Below are positions 36,088 to 47,638 of a DNA stretch of 64,000 bases, piece after piece (the first letter of the stretch is position 1; every line of letters begins with the position of its first letter). A model generated the notes under the pieces. It saw only the letters and a list, made by a program, of their open reading frames with translations. It was not told the DNA's origin and searched no databases. The DNA comes from Malacoraja senta (taxonomy: Eukaryota): contig CM075988.1 of NCBI GenBank assembly GCA_038087875.1, positions 2,542,001-2,606,000 on the forward strand, read 5' to 3'. The translations under genes were made by a program, and so were the position numbers.

Positions 36088-37210
36088 TAGACAATAGACA
36101 ATAGGTGCAGGAGTAGGCCATTTGGCCTTTCGAGCCAGCACTGCCATTCACTGTTATCATGGCTGATCAGCCACAATCAGTACCCAGTCCTGCCTTATCC
36201 CCATATCCCTTGACTCTGCTATCTTTAAGAACTCTATCTAACTCTCTCTTGAAAGCATCCAGAGAAACAGCCTCCACTGTTTTCTGAGGCAGAGAATTCC
36301 ACAGATTCACAACTTTTTCCTCATCTCCGTTCTAAATGGCCTACCCTTTATTCTTAAACTTTGGCCCCTGGTTCTGGACTCTGCCAACATTGGGAACATG
36401 TTTCCTGCCTCAAGCGTGTCCAATCCCTTACTAGTTTTATATGTTTCAATAAGATATCCTCTCATCCTTCTAAATTCCAGAGTATACAAGCCCAGTTAAT
36501 CCATTCTTTAAACATATCACTTTGAGCGACTTTGAGTCCTGAAAAGCGCTATATAAATAAATCTATTATTATTATATGACAGTCCCGCCATCCCGGGAAT
36601 TAACCTCGTGAACCTACGCTGCACTCCCTCATTAGCAAGAATGTCCTTCCTCAAATTTGGAGACCAAAACTGCACACAATACTCCAGGTGTGATCTCACC
36701 TCTTTGCTCCTGTACTCAACTCCTCTTGTTATGAAGGCCAACATGCCATTAACTTTCTTCACTGCCTGCTGTACCTGTATGCTTACTTTCAGTGACGGAT
36801 GTACAAAGACACCCAGATCTCGTTGTAGTTCCCCTTTTCCTAACTTGACACCATTCAGATAATGATCTTGCCACCAAATCTATCCACATTAAACTGCATC
36901 TGCCCACTCACCCAACCTGTCCAAGTCACCCTGCATCCTCATAGCATCCTCCTCACAGTTCACACTGCATCTGCAAATTTGCTAATGTTACTTTTAATCC
37001 CTTCATTTAAAACATTAAAGTATATTGTAAATAGCTACGGTCCCAGCACTGAGCCTTGCGGTACCCCACTAGTCATTGCGGTCCCAGCACTGAGCCTTGC
37101 GGTACCCCACTAGTCACTGCCTGCCATTCTGAAAGGGACCCGTTAATCCCTACTCTTTGTTTCCTGTTGGCCAACCATTTTTTTATCCGTCAGTACCCTA
37201 CCCCTAGTAC
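36088..37210 (-). mobile_element. CR1 LINE fragment with a small L2-type tail insert (~36518-36573) and a 38-bp tandem duplication (~37038-37116)
   Basis: ORFs 36307..36489 and 36517..36762. Confidence 0.9.
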
Positions 37211-37431
37211 CATAATGGGTTAAAAAAAATTAAGAGGGGCATAGATAGGATAGATAGATTATTGTTTACGCAGGGCAAGGGAGTCTAGAACTGGAGGGCA
37301 CAGGTTTAAGGTGAGATGGGAGAAATTTAAAGAGATCTGAGGTGAAGATTTTTAACCTGGAGAATGGTAGTTATATGGAATGAGTTGGTCGAGGAAGATA
37401 AAATTACACTGTTTGAAATGTGGTTGGACAA

Positions 37432-37855
37432 CGTAAAGTAAAGTAAAGTAAATTTATTTATATAGCACTTTTCAATCAATTTCAATCAAAGAAGCCAAAG
37501 TGCTTTACAGAGAAAATTATCCATATAAATAATAAAAAGAGGTAGAAAAAAAATGACACAACACACTATAAGAGATTCAACACGAACATCCCCCCACAGC
37601 AGAATCTACACTCTACACTGTGAGGGAAGGCACTAAAATGTCCAGTCCTCCTCCTCCTCCTAGTCCACCCGAGGTCGGGGCCAGTTTGAGGCCACCGCAG
37701 CCAGTCGCCGCAACGGCAGCCCGATGATTATAGGCCCACCCGCCGGGAAGCTGGAACACCGGCATCGGGTGGAAAAGTCCTCAGCGGCCTTGAAGTGTCT
37801 GGAGCAGCCGCTCCTGCCCCGAAGACTGCGACGCCCGTGGACTTCAGGCCGCGCC
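37432..37855 (-). mobile_element. Non-autonomous retroelement with GC-rich body and L2-type 3' tail
   Basis: Minus strand ends AAAAGTGCTATATAAATAAAT(TTACT)n; flanked by an imperfect GGTTG(G)ACAA duplication within an old CR1. Confidence 0.55.
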
Positions 37856-37904
37856 GGTTGACAAGTGCTTACGGGGGAAAGGAGCAGAGAAATACAGGCC
37901 AAAT

Positions 37905-38219
37905 GGGGCAGCCTAGTGGCACAGCGGAAAAGTTGCTGCCTTACAGCGCCAGAGACCCGGACCCGATCCTGACACTGGGTGCTGTCTGTGCAGAGTTTGT
38001 ACGTTCTCCCCGTGACCTGCATGAGTTTTCTCCAGGTGCTCCGGTTTCCTCCCACACTTCAAAGATGCACAGGTTTGTCAGGTAATTGGCCTCAATACAA
38101 TTGTAAATTGTCCCTAGTGTGTGGGATAGTGCTAGAGTACAGGGGTGTTCGCTGGTCGGCAGGGACTTAGTGGGCTGAAGGGCCTGTTTCCGTGCTGCAT
38201 CTCTAAAGTCTAGTCTAAA
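37905..38219 (+). mobile_element. tRNA-derived SINE
   Basis: Full-length family copy. Confidence 0.88.
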
Positions 38220-38961
38220 TGTGGCCGTAGATTGGCCAATTGGTCACCATGGAGGAGTTTGGCTGAGTGGGCACATTTCTGTGCTGTACAACTCCATCAC
38301 GCCGAGGAGAGATTTGTTATTCAGGTGGGTTTAAACGGGTGTGGTATGGATAAAGGACCCATTGCGATAGTGTGGCAGGGTTGAAAGTTGAAGCAAACAC
38401 AGAAGTCAAAGTGAGAAAGTCCAACAGGTCGGAGAGATGAGGATGGGGAGCGAGAAAGTTCTGATCGGTAAACTGTATTCATTTTAATTCGAGGTCTAAT
38501 GTCCCTGCAACCTTTGATACCCTTACTAATCAAGAACCTATCAATAGCCACTTTAAAAGAACTCAAAGACGTCCTCAGATTCATCACCGGGAAATAAATT
38601 CCTCATCTCCATTCTAGAGGTACAGCTGTACAAGATTACACCATGCTTGCACTATCGTGTGCTTTCAGCTAGTTGTACTGCAGGAAGGATGTCGTTAAGC
38701 TAAGGAGGGTCAGAATGAATTTACATGGGTGTTGTGACATTGGTTAACCTGGAACTGTATTCACTGGAGAGCAGGAGATGAAACCGTGACCTGATAAAGG
38801 TATATGAAATCATGAGTATAAATAGGGTAGATAGCCACAGTCTTTTTCTCAGTCTTGGTGTGGAACAAGCTACCAGAGAAAGTCGTCGAGGCGGCTACAA
38901 TTGCAAAGTTTAAAAGACATGTCCCATATCAGTCAATATTTGGAAAGATAAAATCCCCCAC

Positions 38962-39322
38962 TTAAGGGGTTGGACAGGCTAGATGCAGGAAGATTGCTCC
39001 CGATGTTGGGGAAGTCCAGGACAAGGGGTCACAGCTTAAGGATAAGGGGGAAATCCTTTAAAACCGAGATGAGAAGAACTTTTTTCACACAGAGAGTGGT
39101 GAATCTCTGGAACTCTCTGCCACAGAGGGTAGTCGAGGCCAGTTCATTGGCTATATTTAAGAGGGAGTTAGATGTGGCCCTTGTGGCTAAAGGGATCAGA
39201 GGGTATGGAGAGAAGGCAGGTACGGGATACTGAGTTGGATGATCAGCCATGATCATATTGAATGGCGGTGCAGGCTCGAAGGGCCGAATGGCCTACTCCT
39301 GCACCTAATTTCTATGTTTCTA
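38962..39322 (+). mobile_element. CR1 young-subfamily 3' fragment
   Basis: ORF 38970..39233 is nearly identical to the C-terminus of the intact ORF2 at 54405..57473. Confidence 0.95.
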
Positions 39323-39339
39323 TTACAATCCTATAATTC

Positions 39340-40580
39340 TTGCAGCTGTCTGAGGTCTCCCTATATATTTCCTCCTATATATTCCCTATATAATTCCTGC
39401 TGACTACGGGTGAACCTAGAGTATTATCCCATCAATGTGATCACCCATTCTTATTTCTTCTTGTCCCTCCTCCCATATTGTCCACTGGCTGATCCCCGAT
39501 GAACATCCTCCAAGTATCACCATGATGTTCTCCCTAAAGAATAACGCAACTCCCCCTTCTCATTTACCTCCACCACTATCCCTCTAGTACCTGTACCCCA
39601 CATCATTGAGCTGCCAGCCCCAGTCCCTCTCTCAGCCACATTTCAATTTAGTTTATTGTCAGGTGTACCGAGGTATAATGAAAAGCTTTTGTTGCGTAAT
39701 AACCAGCTTCTTTCATAGCTATGTGATATCCCAGTTCCACATCTCTATCTGAACCATGAGTCCATCTGCCTTACCCTGTCAGGCCTCTTGCAGTTTCATC
39801 TATCATTCTGCTCTCACTCCTTTGCATGCTCCAGTCTGTTCCATCTATTAACCACTCTCTTTTACATGTATTTGTCCCAAAATTCTCTGCTCTCTACTGT
39901 TTTGTACCTCACGCCCCTGCCAGACTCATTTAACCCTCTGGAGCAACTATAGTAAATCTCCCTGTCAGGATATTGGGTCCCCTCCAGTTCTGGTGCAACC
40001 CGTCTCTCTTATACTCGTCACCAGAAGGGATTCCAGTGGTCTAAAAATCTGAATCCCAGCCCCCTGCACCAGCTTCTCAGCCACACATTTGTCTGCCCTA
40101 CCTCCTATTCCCACTTTCACTGGTACGTAGAACTTGAAGTAATCCAGAGATTAATACCTTTTTTAACCCGGGTTTAATTTTTATCAGTGTTTTAATCTCC
40201 TCCTTAACTCTGTATATTCACTCTGCAGCATCTCCTCCCTTTTTCTCCTCATGTCATTGATACCTATATGTACAACGACCTCTGGCTGTTCACCCTCCCC
40301 CTTGAGAATTTTCTGCAACCCTTCAGAGACTTCCTTGAATGACCTGCTCCCTCTAACTCTCTTGGTGATCATCCTGCTGCCTGCACCTTAACTGTTGCCA
40401 TCTCTCTGGAACGCCTGTCTTTTTTGCCTCATCCTGAGCAAGTTCCACCACTTAATGCGGTCAGCCAGAAGCTGCCGCTGGATTCGCTCCCCACAAGTGT
40501 AGTCACCAGGCTCACTGGAAGCTTCCCTGATCTCCCACATCTTGCAGGAGGATCAGATGACCGCCTTGACTGCCATCCTG
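39340..40580 (-). mobile_element. Old CR1 5' region: ORF1 esterase remnant and start of ORF2
   Basis: ORF 40184..40372 reads ILKGEGEQPEVVVHIGIND, the SGNH/esterase GxND block typical of CR1 ORF1. Confidence 0.75.
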
Positions 40581-40778
40581 GCCACGAATGGACTGGGTGG
40601 GCCAAAGAGCCCGTTTCCATGCTGTATCTCTAACTAAATGTGAAGGAGATCACAGATCTTGTGGCGGATCATCGATCGTGAAAATGGGTAAAGGGGAAAG
40701 TTGAAGAAGACACAAGGAACTGCAGATAGACACAAAAAGCAGGAGTAACTCCAGCATCTCTGGACAGAAGGAATGGGT

Positions 40779-40806
40779 GACGTTTCGGGTCGAGACCTTT
40801 CTTCAG
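40779..40806 (-). ncRNA. Minimal hammerhead core in pLTR fragment
   Basis: Minus strand reads CTGAAGA-AAGGTCTCGACCC-GAAA-CGTC. Confidence 0.55.
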
Positions 40807-41215
40807 TTCCTACTGTTCAAGGAACTGTAGATGCTGGTTTACAAGTGCTGGAGTAACTGAGCGGGTCAGGCAGCATTTCGGGCCAGGACCATAAACATTA
40901 CTTATCCATGTTCTCTAGAGATGCTACCTGACCCAATGAGTTATTCCAACATTTTGTGTCTTAAGTTGAAGCGGACCTTCTATTATACTAAGTGTTCACT
41001 TCTACGTTTCTTCGCTGAAGGCCGTCAGGACAGAGCCTCAGCACTTTCTTCTCAGACACAGCACTTGGAAGTCAGACACAGCCACTCCCAAAATGCCACT
41101 CCACTGGAGCCTTTAAAATCCTCACAACGGCGCATACTCGTAATGCCACGTGGGACCATACTCAAAGGTATCGGCCTCTTTGTAAATGAATGAAATGCTT
41201 CTGTTTTCTCCGCAG

Positions 41216-41547
41216 CGACTCCTCCAGTGGAATCCTCGCAGAAAGCTCCAGCGGTTAGCTCTGTGCCTCTGATTCCACCACCTCCACCCCCAAAGAGTGC
41301 CGCCCGCCTGCTGGCACTGGCTCTGGCAGAGAGTGCCCAACAGGCCACCGCGCTCTCTCAGAAGAAGCCTCACGCCGGGACTCAGCATCTTTTCACTGCA
41401 CCGTCGACAGAGCAGTGCCCAGCAACTACAGGCCCTGCACAACCCACGGTCAGCTATCCAACAACAGTGCAGCCAATTGTCGATCCGCAGCCAGCCACAT
41501 ACCAGGCCCCGTCCAGCACTGCGCCAGGGCTCACAGCTTCAGGACAG
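41216..41547 (+). CDS. ARHGAP32: ARHGAP32 penultimate coding exon (ATPPVESSQKAPAVSSVPLIPPPPPPKSAARLLALALAESAQQA...)
   Basis: Acceptor tgttttctccgcag|CG, donor GGACAG|gtaagc; 332 nt, phase 1-0. Contains LIPPPPPPK..AR.LALALAESAQQA. Confidence 0.92.
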
Positions 41548-43893
41548 GTAAGCACATAACCTGGCAACTGGACTCTGGGAATCAACTGCAACATAGACAG
41601 TAATTCCTCTACTCAATGTCTGGTTATAGGAAATTGATTCAAACATCAATCTTGGATGCTATGTTTCAACTGGAGTTTTTAAATTAAGGTTAATTTTTTT
41701 TTTAATGGTTCACCTAATTCATTAATGGGATGTGGGCCAACATTTATTCAACTTTTCTAATTGTCCTCGAGAAGATGGTGGCATCTGTCTTTTTGAAGTA
41801 CTCTTGGCTGCATTACAAAGACTTTCCTAAAGTATTGCTTCGTAAGAAGCTGGCTTCTGTTGCAATCCAGCAACTGTGAAGAAAAGCCAGTATAATTGTA
41901 AAAGCAAAATACTGCTGAATTTGCAAATAAAAACAAAAATTACTGTACAGGTGGCAACAACGCATGTGTTCAGCCCAATGACGCTTTCCAAAAATGTTCA
42001 AGATCAAACAGGTTTCATGATGTACAGAGAACGGGTGATGTAATGTAAAGGGCTATGACTGTATGGAACACAGGACTGGATAAATGACACGAGGAGTGAC
42101 TGCAGCAATGAGATAGGGTGCAAGAGTGATTATGAGAGGCACAGAGTATTTATCGGAGGATTGTTTCCATGAGGTTACATTGAGCTGTGCTAGAGCAGTG
42201 TGGAAACTGATGTCCATGTGTGATTGAGACAGGAAATGAAGTGGCAACTTGAAGTTTTTGTTAGATAGACACTAAATGCTGGAGTAACTCAACGGGACAG
42301 GCAGCATGTCATTCGGGTCGAGACCCAGATTTTAGATGATCAGCCATGATCATATTGAATGACGGTGCTGGCTCGAAGGGCCGAATGGCCTACTCCTGCA
42401 CCTATTTTTCCATGTTTCTATGGGACAGGTTGACGGATGGAGATAATGTTGTCATATGTAGCCGTGGATTTCCATGGGCTTGTAGACTGCAGTCTATCCC
42501 CTGAGGTGATGTTTTCGGAATCCATCAACCTAGGCTACAGTGCTGAATGTATCACATGGATTAGCTTAAAGACAGGACCATGGATACAAAAGTACTTCTC
42601 ACACAGCATGGTTGCATATGTTTCAGCTTTGTCTTTTTATGTTTTCCATTTACACCATGAGCCATAACATTGTTCAGTAGAGGGCTATTCAAGGAGCCTT
42701 CTTGCACCAGCTGTGTAGATGTCATCACCATTGACAAGTGAATGTGGCCGGCCTCCAGTACTTTGAACCTCTCCATCAGTGGTGGACTTGCTTCGTTTTG
42801 TGTATATACACTTGTAAGTCTGTATTCAAGGAGGGTTCGAGCAAACCTGAGTATGGTGGTAACACAGTGAGTTAAATTAGCAGAATATTAAATCAGAGAC
42901 ATCATTTTACATCCCACTGTTGCAGTTGTGGGATTTAAAATTCAGTTAATTAAATTATTTGAGGCTTAAAACCAAAACTAATCTCAGTAATGGTGAGCAT
43001 GAAACTGAAAATTCTTCAGAGACTTCCTTGAATGGCCACATAGGTCATTACTAATAAACTAATGAAATGAATGGAGTGTTGCAAATGTTCATGAACGCCC
43101 TGCATGGCAAGAAATCTGTTGTGCTTGCTTGGTCTGATCTATATGTAATCCCAAACCCATAGCAATGTGGTTACATCTTAGAGAAAAACAAAAGCTTTAA
43201 ATGCTAGATATGGAAGGAAATAGTTCCCATTTCAAGTGATGGCCTTTCTTCGGAACTAACACAATCAGATCCGTTGTGAAGAAATGTCCACGTCATGTGA
43301 ACTCAGTTTCTCTCTCCGCAGATGCTGGTTAACTCTTTAATACCCTCTGAAGTGTACTTGTGAGCCACTCCATGGTGTCACTACATTACTGCAGTGGTTC
43401 AAGAGGTGGCCCGCTGATGCATTCTCCAGAGTAATCAGGGATGGGATATGAATACTAGGTGAAAAATGAGTATAGACATTGAGCCCGTATATCACCAATA
43501 CCTTGGTGATGGTGACAGTGATGTGACACATAGTAGCTGCTGGACATTTGCAGACATCACAATAAAGAGGAAGAAGATTGGACTTTATTGCCTTCCATCA
43601 GTGAGAAATGTGGGGAATCCACTGGTGGTGGATGTTTATGTTAACTTTTATGTAGTTTTGTGTCTTGGTGATTTTTTGTATGGCTGTATGGTAATTCGCA
43701 TATCACTGTACCTTAATTGGTACACGTGACAATAAAAGACATTTGAAACCTATGAAACATCAAATGGCATAGACCTGCTTCTTGGTGTTAGCTTTAGTTA
43801 GAGGGCTCCTGCTACCAAGGTTACTGCCAGAAGGACATTCCTCTTCGCTGTGTGGTGATCACCTCTACCAATGCTGACTTGTCTAGAGTCTCT

Positions 43894-44212
43894 AGTTTAG
43901 TTTAGACATACAACATGGAAACGGGCCGTTGGTCCCACTGAGACCATGCCGACCATTGGTGAATCCTTCACATTAGTTCTATGTTATCCCACTTTCGCAT
44001 CCTATACACGAGGGGCAATTTTACAGAGGCCAATTAGCCTGCAAACCGCATGCCCTTGGGATGTGGGAGGAAACCAGAGCACCCAGAGGAAACCCACGCC
44101 ATCACAGGGAGAACGTGGAAGCTCCATACAGATAGCAGCCAAGGTTAGAATCAAGCCCAGATCTCTGATGCTGTAAGGCAGCAACTCTGCTAGCTGCAAA
44201 ACTGTGCTGCCC
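43894..44212 (-). mobile_element. tRNA-derived SINE (variant subfamily)
   Basis: Reverse-complement copy with the GGGATAACATAGAACTA segment. Confidence 0.85.
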
Positions 44213-44589
44213 ACAATCATAGTTCTCCCACTCATTCCTATTTGACACATTTCTCTTCACGATTTGCCCATTCAGTGGTGGCATTACTGAGTGACCCTAG
44301 ATGATCAACATGGAAGACTTATCCTAAAATGCTTGTGATATCCCGAGCATTTGATTCCTTAGCTGACAAAGGGTTTTATGTGTGATTATCAGGAGGTTCA
44401 TTTCCTTATGTGACTTCATGTGGGCTAGACTCCATACTGAGGACTGCCTTCAGTCATTCTCTCCTGAGTATATAGCACCTTTACGGTGCTTGTCCTGCCC
44501 TTGATACCTAGAGCATCAGAGATAATGATGGAGACACCTGGACGTTAGCAGAGTGTGTGATCTGTGAGTATGATAGTATTTAGAAAGGA

Positions 44590-45155
44590 CTGCCGAACAT
44601 TTTAGCTCTCCCCATTCCTACATTAACCATTCTGTCCTGGGGCGCCTCCACTGTCAAAGTAAGGCCACACGCAAATTGGAGGAACAGCAACTCATATTTA
44701 GTCTGATGAAGGGTTTCGACCCGAAACGTTGCCTATTTCCTTCACTCCATAGATGCTGCCTCACCCGCTGAGTATCTCCAGCATTTTTGTCTACCCTCAT
44801 ATTTAGTTTGGGCAGCTTACAACCCAGCAGTACAAATATTGATTTCTCTAATTTCAAGTAACCCCTGCATTTCCCCTCTCTTAACACCTTTGCCACCCTA
44901 GTCATCCTGCCAGTTCCATCATTCACATCCATATATCCCTTCATTATCACCTCTTCCACAGCCAACAATGAACCATTGTGGGCTTATCCTTTCCTTGGTG
45001 ATCGGTGCCAGCTCTGATTTGTTTGGAATCTTTTCATACCTGTAGTTTTATTCACCCCTGACTCTCAGTCTGAAGAAGGGTTTTGACCCAAATCGTCACC
45101 TATATCTTTTCTCCAGAGATGCTGCCTGATCTGTTGAGTTACTCCAGCATTTAGT
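44590..45155 (+). mobile_element. Penelope-like 3' fragment containing a nested mini hammerhead unit
   Basis: RKLEEQQLIF...LQPSSTNIDF remnant; pLTR with degenerate core at 45070-45097. Confidence 0.85.
44703..44795 (+). mobile_element. 93-bp stand-alone hammerhead unit with perfect 12-bp TSD
   Basis: Begins CTGATGA-AGGGT-TTCG-ACCC-GAAA-CGTT and ends GTCTACC; TSD CTCATATTTAGT at 44691-44702 and 44796-44807. Confidence 0.88.
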
Positions 45156-46096
45156 TTGATAGTATTGCCTGTTTACAGGACTCCCAATTCAAATGTTTGG
45201 TTCCAGACATTCACGAGAAACACTCGGTCAGTTGGGTTTTGTGTGTCTGAATCTGGTGCCTGGGTCAATCATGGGTGATCAGTCTGGCGTTACCCTTTGT
45301 CATACCTTGATGCGCCTGAGTAACAACACAGGTCATATCTGAGCCAAGTTAATAGTCACCAGAGTGGGTCTGGAGCCACATACTCACTCTACTGGGTCAG
45401 CATTAAAACACATGAAAGCAGGAGCAGTTCACTCAGCCCATCAATGCAATCGTGTCTGATCCATGCAGGTCTCCACTCATCTTTTGTGCCAGTTCCTCAG
45501 TTCTTTCATTTTATTATGGTATTCTTTTCTCCCAAAGAAACTCAACAGTGTTGGGTGACCTTTAATTGATTGCTTAATATCCAATTAGCTGAACCATCAT
45601 TCATGCCTTAATAGTTAAAATGTTGAATAATTTAGTATAGCAATGGGTAGATCACCAGTTCCAGCAAAATTGATGTGTATTATAATTTGTTCCCTCACCA
45701 AGTGAACAGGTTAATTCCAGTCTAAGGTTATCACTACACTGACAATTTACTGAAACAAATCTAAGACAATGGTCTTGTTTTAAATAGCTTGGTATTTAGA
45801 ACAGAACATAATCCCACCAAAAATCTTCTAAACGTTATTTGCAAAAGGAATGAGATGATAGAAACGTAAAAATATAATTCAAACTGATTACCCAGATCAT
45901 AGGATTGCATTGGAAATAATTAACTTGAGTTTAATAAGTGGGGATGTACATCTTGCACATGAGTCATTATAACTGGATGAGATCTGTATCAACGGGAACT
46001 CTCCCAACACCTTTTTCATGCCAACTAGAAGAGCTGAGAAACAGAATTATATACATGAAAAGTCCCAAATAAACACCTGATATATTCCCATGTTTG

Positions 46097-46363
46097 GGTG
46101 GCACAGTGATGCAGCGGTAGAGTTGCTGCCTTACAGCGCCAGAGACCCGGGTTTGATCCTGACCACAGGTGCTGTCTGTACGGAGTTTGCATGTTCTCCG
46201 TATGACCTCGTGAGTTTTCTCCGGGAGCTCTGGTTTCCTCCCACACTCCAAAGGTGTGCAGATTTGAAGGTTAATTGGCTTTGGTAAAATTGTACAGGGT
46301 AATCGCTGGTCAGCACAAACTCGATGGGCCAAAGGGCCTGTTTTCATGCCATATATCCAAACT
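46097..46363 (+). mobile_element. tRNA-derived SINE
   Basis: A/B-box-like head and family body. Confidence 0.88.
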
Positions 46364-47638
46364 AATTATACAATTTCTTGTTCAGTAATTTATTTTAAAA
46401 TCACCTTCTTTTGGTGTTGGACCTGATCTTCTATGTTTGGTTGGATTTGCCAAATCTTTCAAAATCAAATAAGGAGAAACTGTCCCCAGTTGGTAGAAGG
46501 GTCACAATCGACGATAAAGCATCATCAGCGGTGTGGGGAAAAGCTTCTTACATGGCGAGTAGTTATGTTCTGGGATCTGTTGCCTGGAAATGTGGTAGAA
46601 GCTGGTTCAGTTGTAGCTTTCAAAACCTTATTGTGGAAAGAGGATGTCAAGTTGTAGTTGTAAAGGAAAGAGCCAAGAAGCAGGGCAACCTTCAAGAAGA
46701 AAGCATGTACCCACTGGGCCAAGCTCCCCACTGTGGTGCCATAGTTCTCCAAAGAGTACTTTGTTCCACTCTTACAAACATGCACCAGGAGTGATTTCCT
46801 CACCTTAAATTCTGTTTATTTTCAGTTGTTCTGAGAAAGTTAATGTCATATTAATATTAAGCTCTCACGTGGGTATGTTTTTTTGTGTTAGAATCTGATC
46901 ATTACAGTTCCATTGTTCCAATTTTGGCACTCTTCACTGCTGTACACATAAGAACCCAACATGTAATCCACAAACAAGAACATCACAGTGCCTGGCACTC
47001 TGGATGCAATTATCTGCCTTTAGTATCCAAGTATGAAACTGTAGTTGTTGCTCTAGATATAACAGATGAAAGAGAGGGAAGCAGCCTTTGCCCGTTGAAA
47101 CATGTACATTTAAATGCAGTGTACACTTAATGTACTTTGATAAAATGTTAGTGTGTTCTATTAGTTCCACTGTGAATGTGTGGAAGATTTAGTACCGTGC
47201 ATCTGGCATTACAGTCCTTGCTTGACCTGAGCTCCTCATCAGAAAAGCTGTGCACTCACACACAAAATGTTTAGGGATCTTGGGTTAACAGCAATGGTTC
47301 AGACTGGGAAAGAAAATGAAAATGGGAGGTTGCTAATTCTACATCACCAATATTCAGACATCAAACCTGGACAAAATAAATCATAAAAGGATACAAATGA
47401 GTCAGTATGTATACAAGTAGTACTGACCTGTTGAGTTACTCCTACCTGGAGAAACTCAGCAAGTCAGGCAGCATTTCTGGTGAAAATGGATAGGTGACAG
47501 TTTGGGTCAAGACCCTTGGACAAAAGAAACATTCACACTACAGGATGAGTGAGTGGAAGCGCCAGTAATTGAAAGCCAGAATGAAATATTTCCCAAAGCT
47601 GGTATTTGTTGTATCATCTGTGTTTTTCCTTTTTCTAG

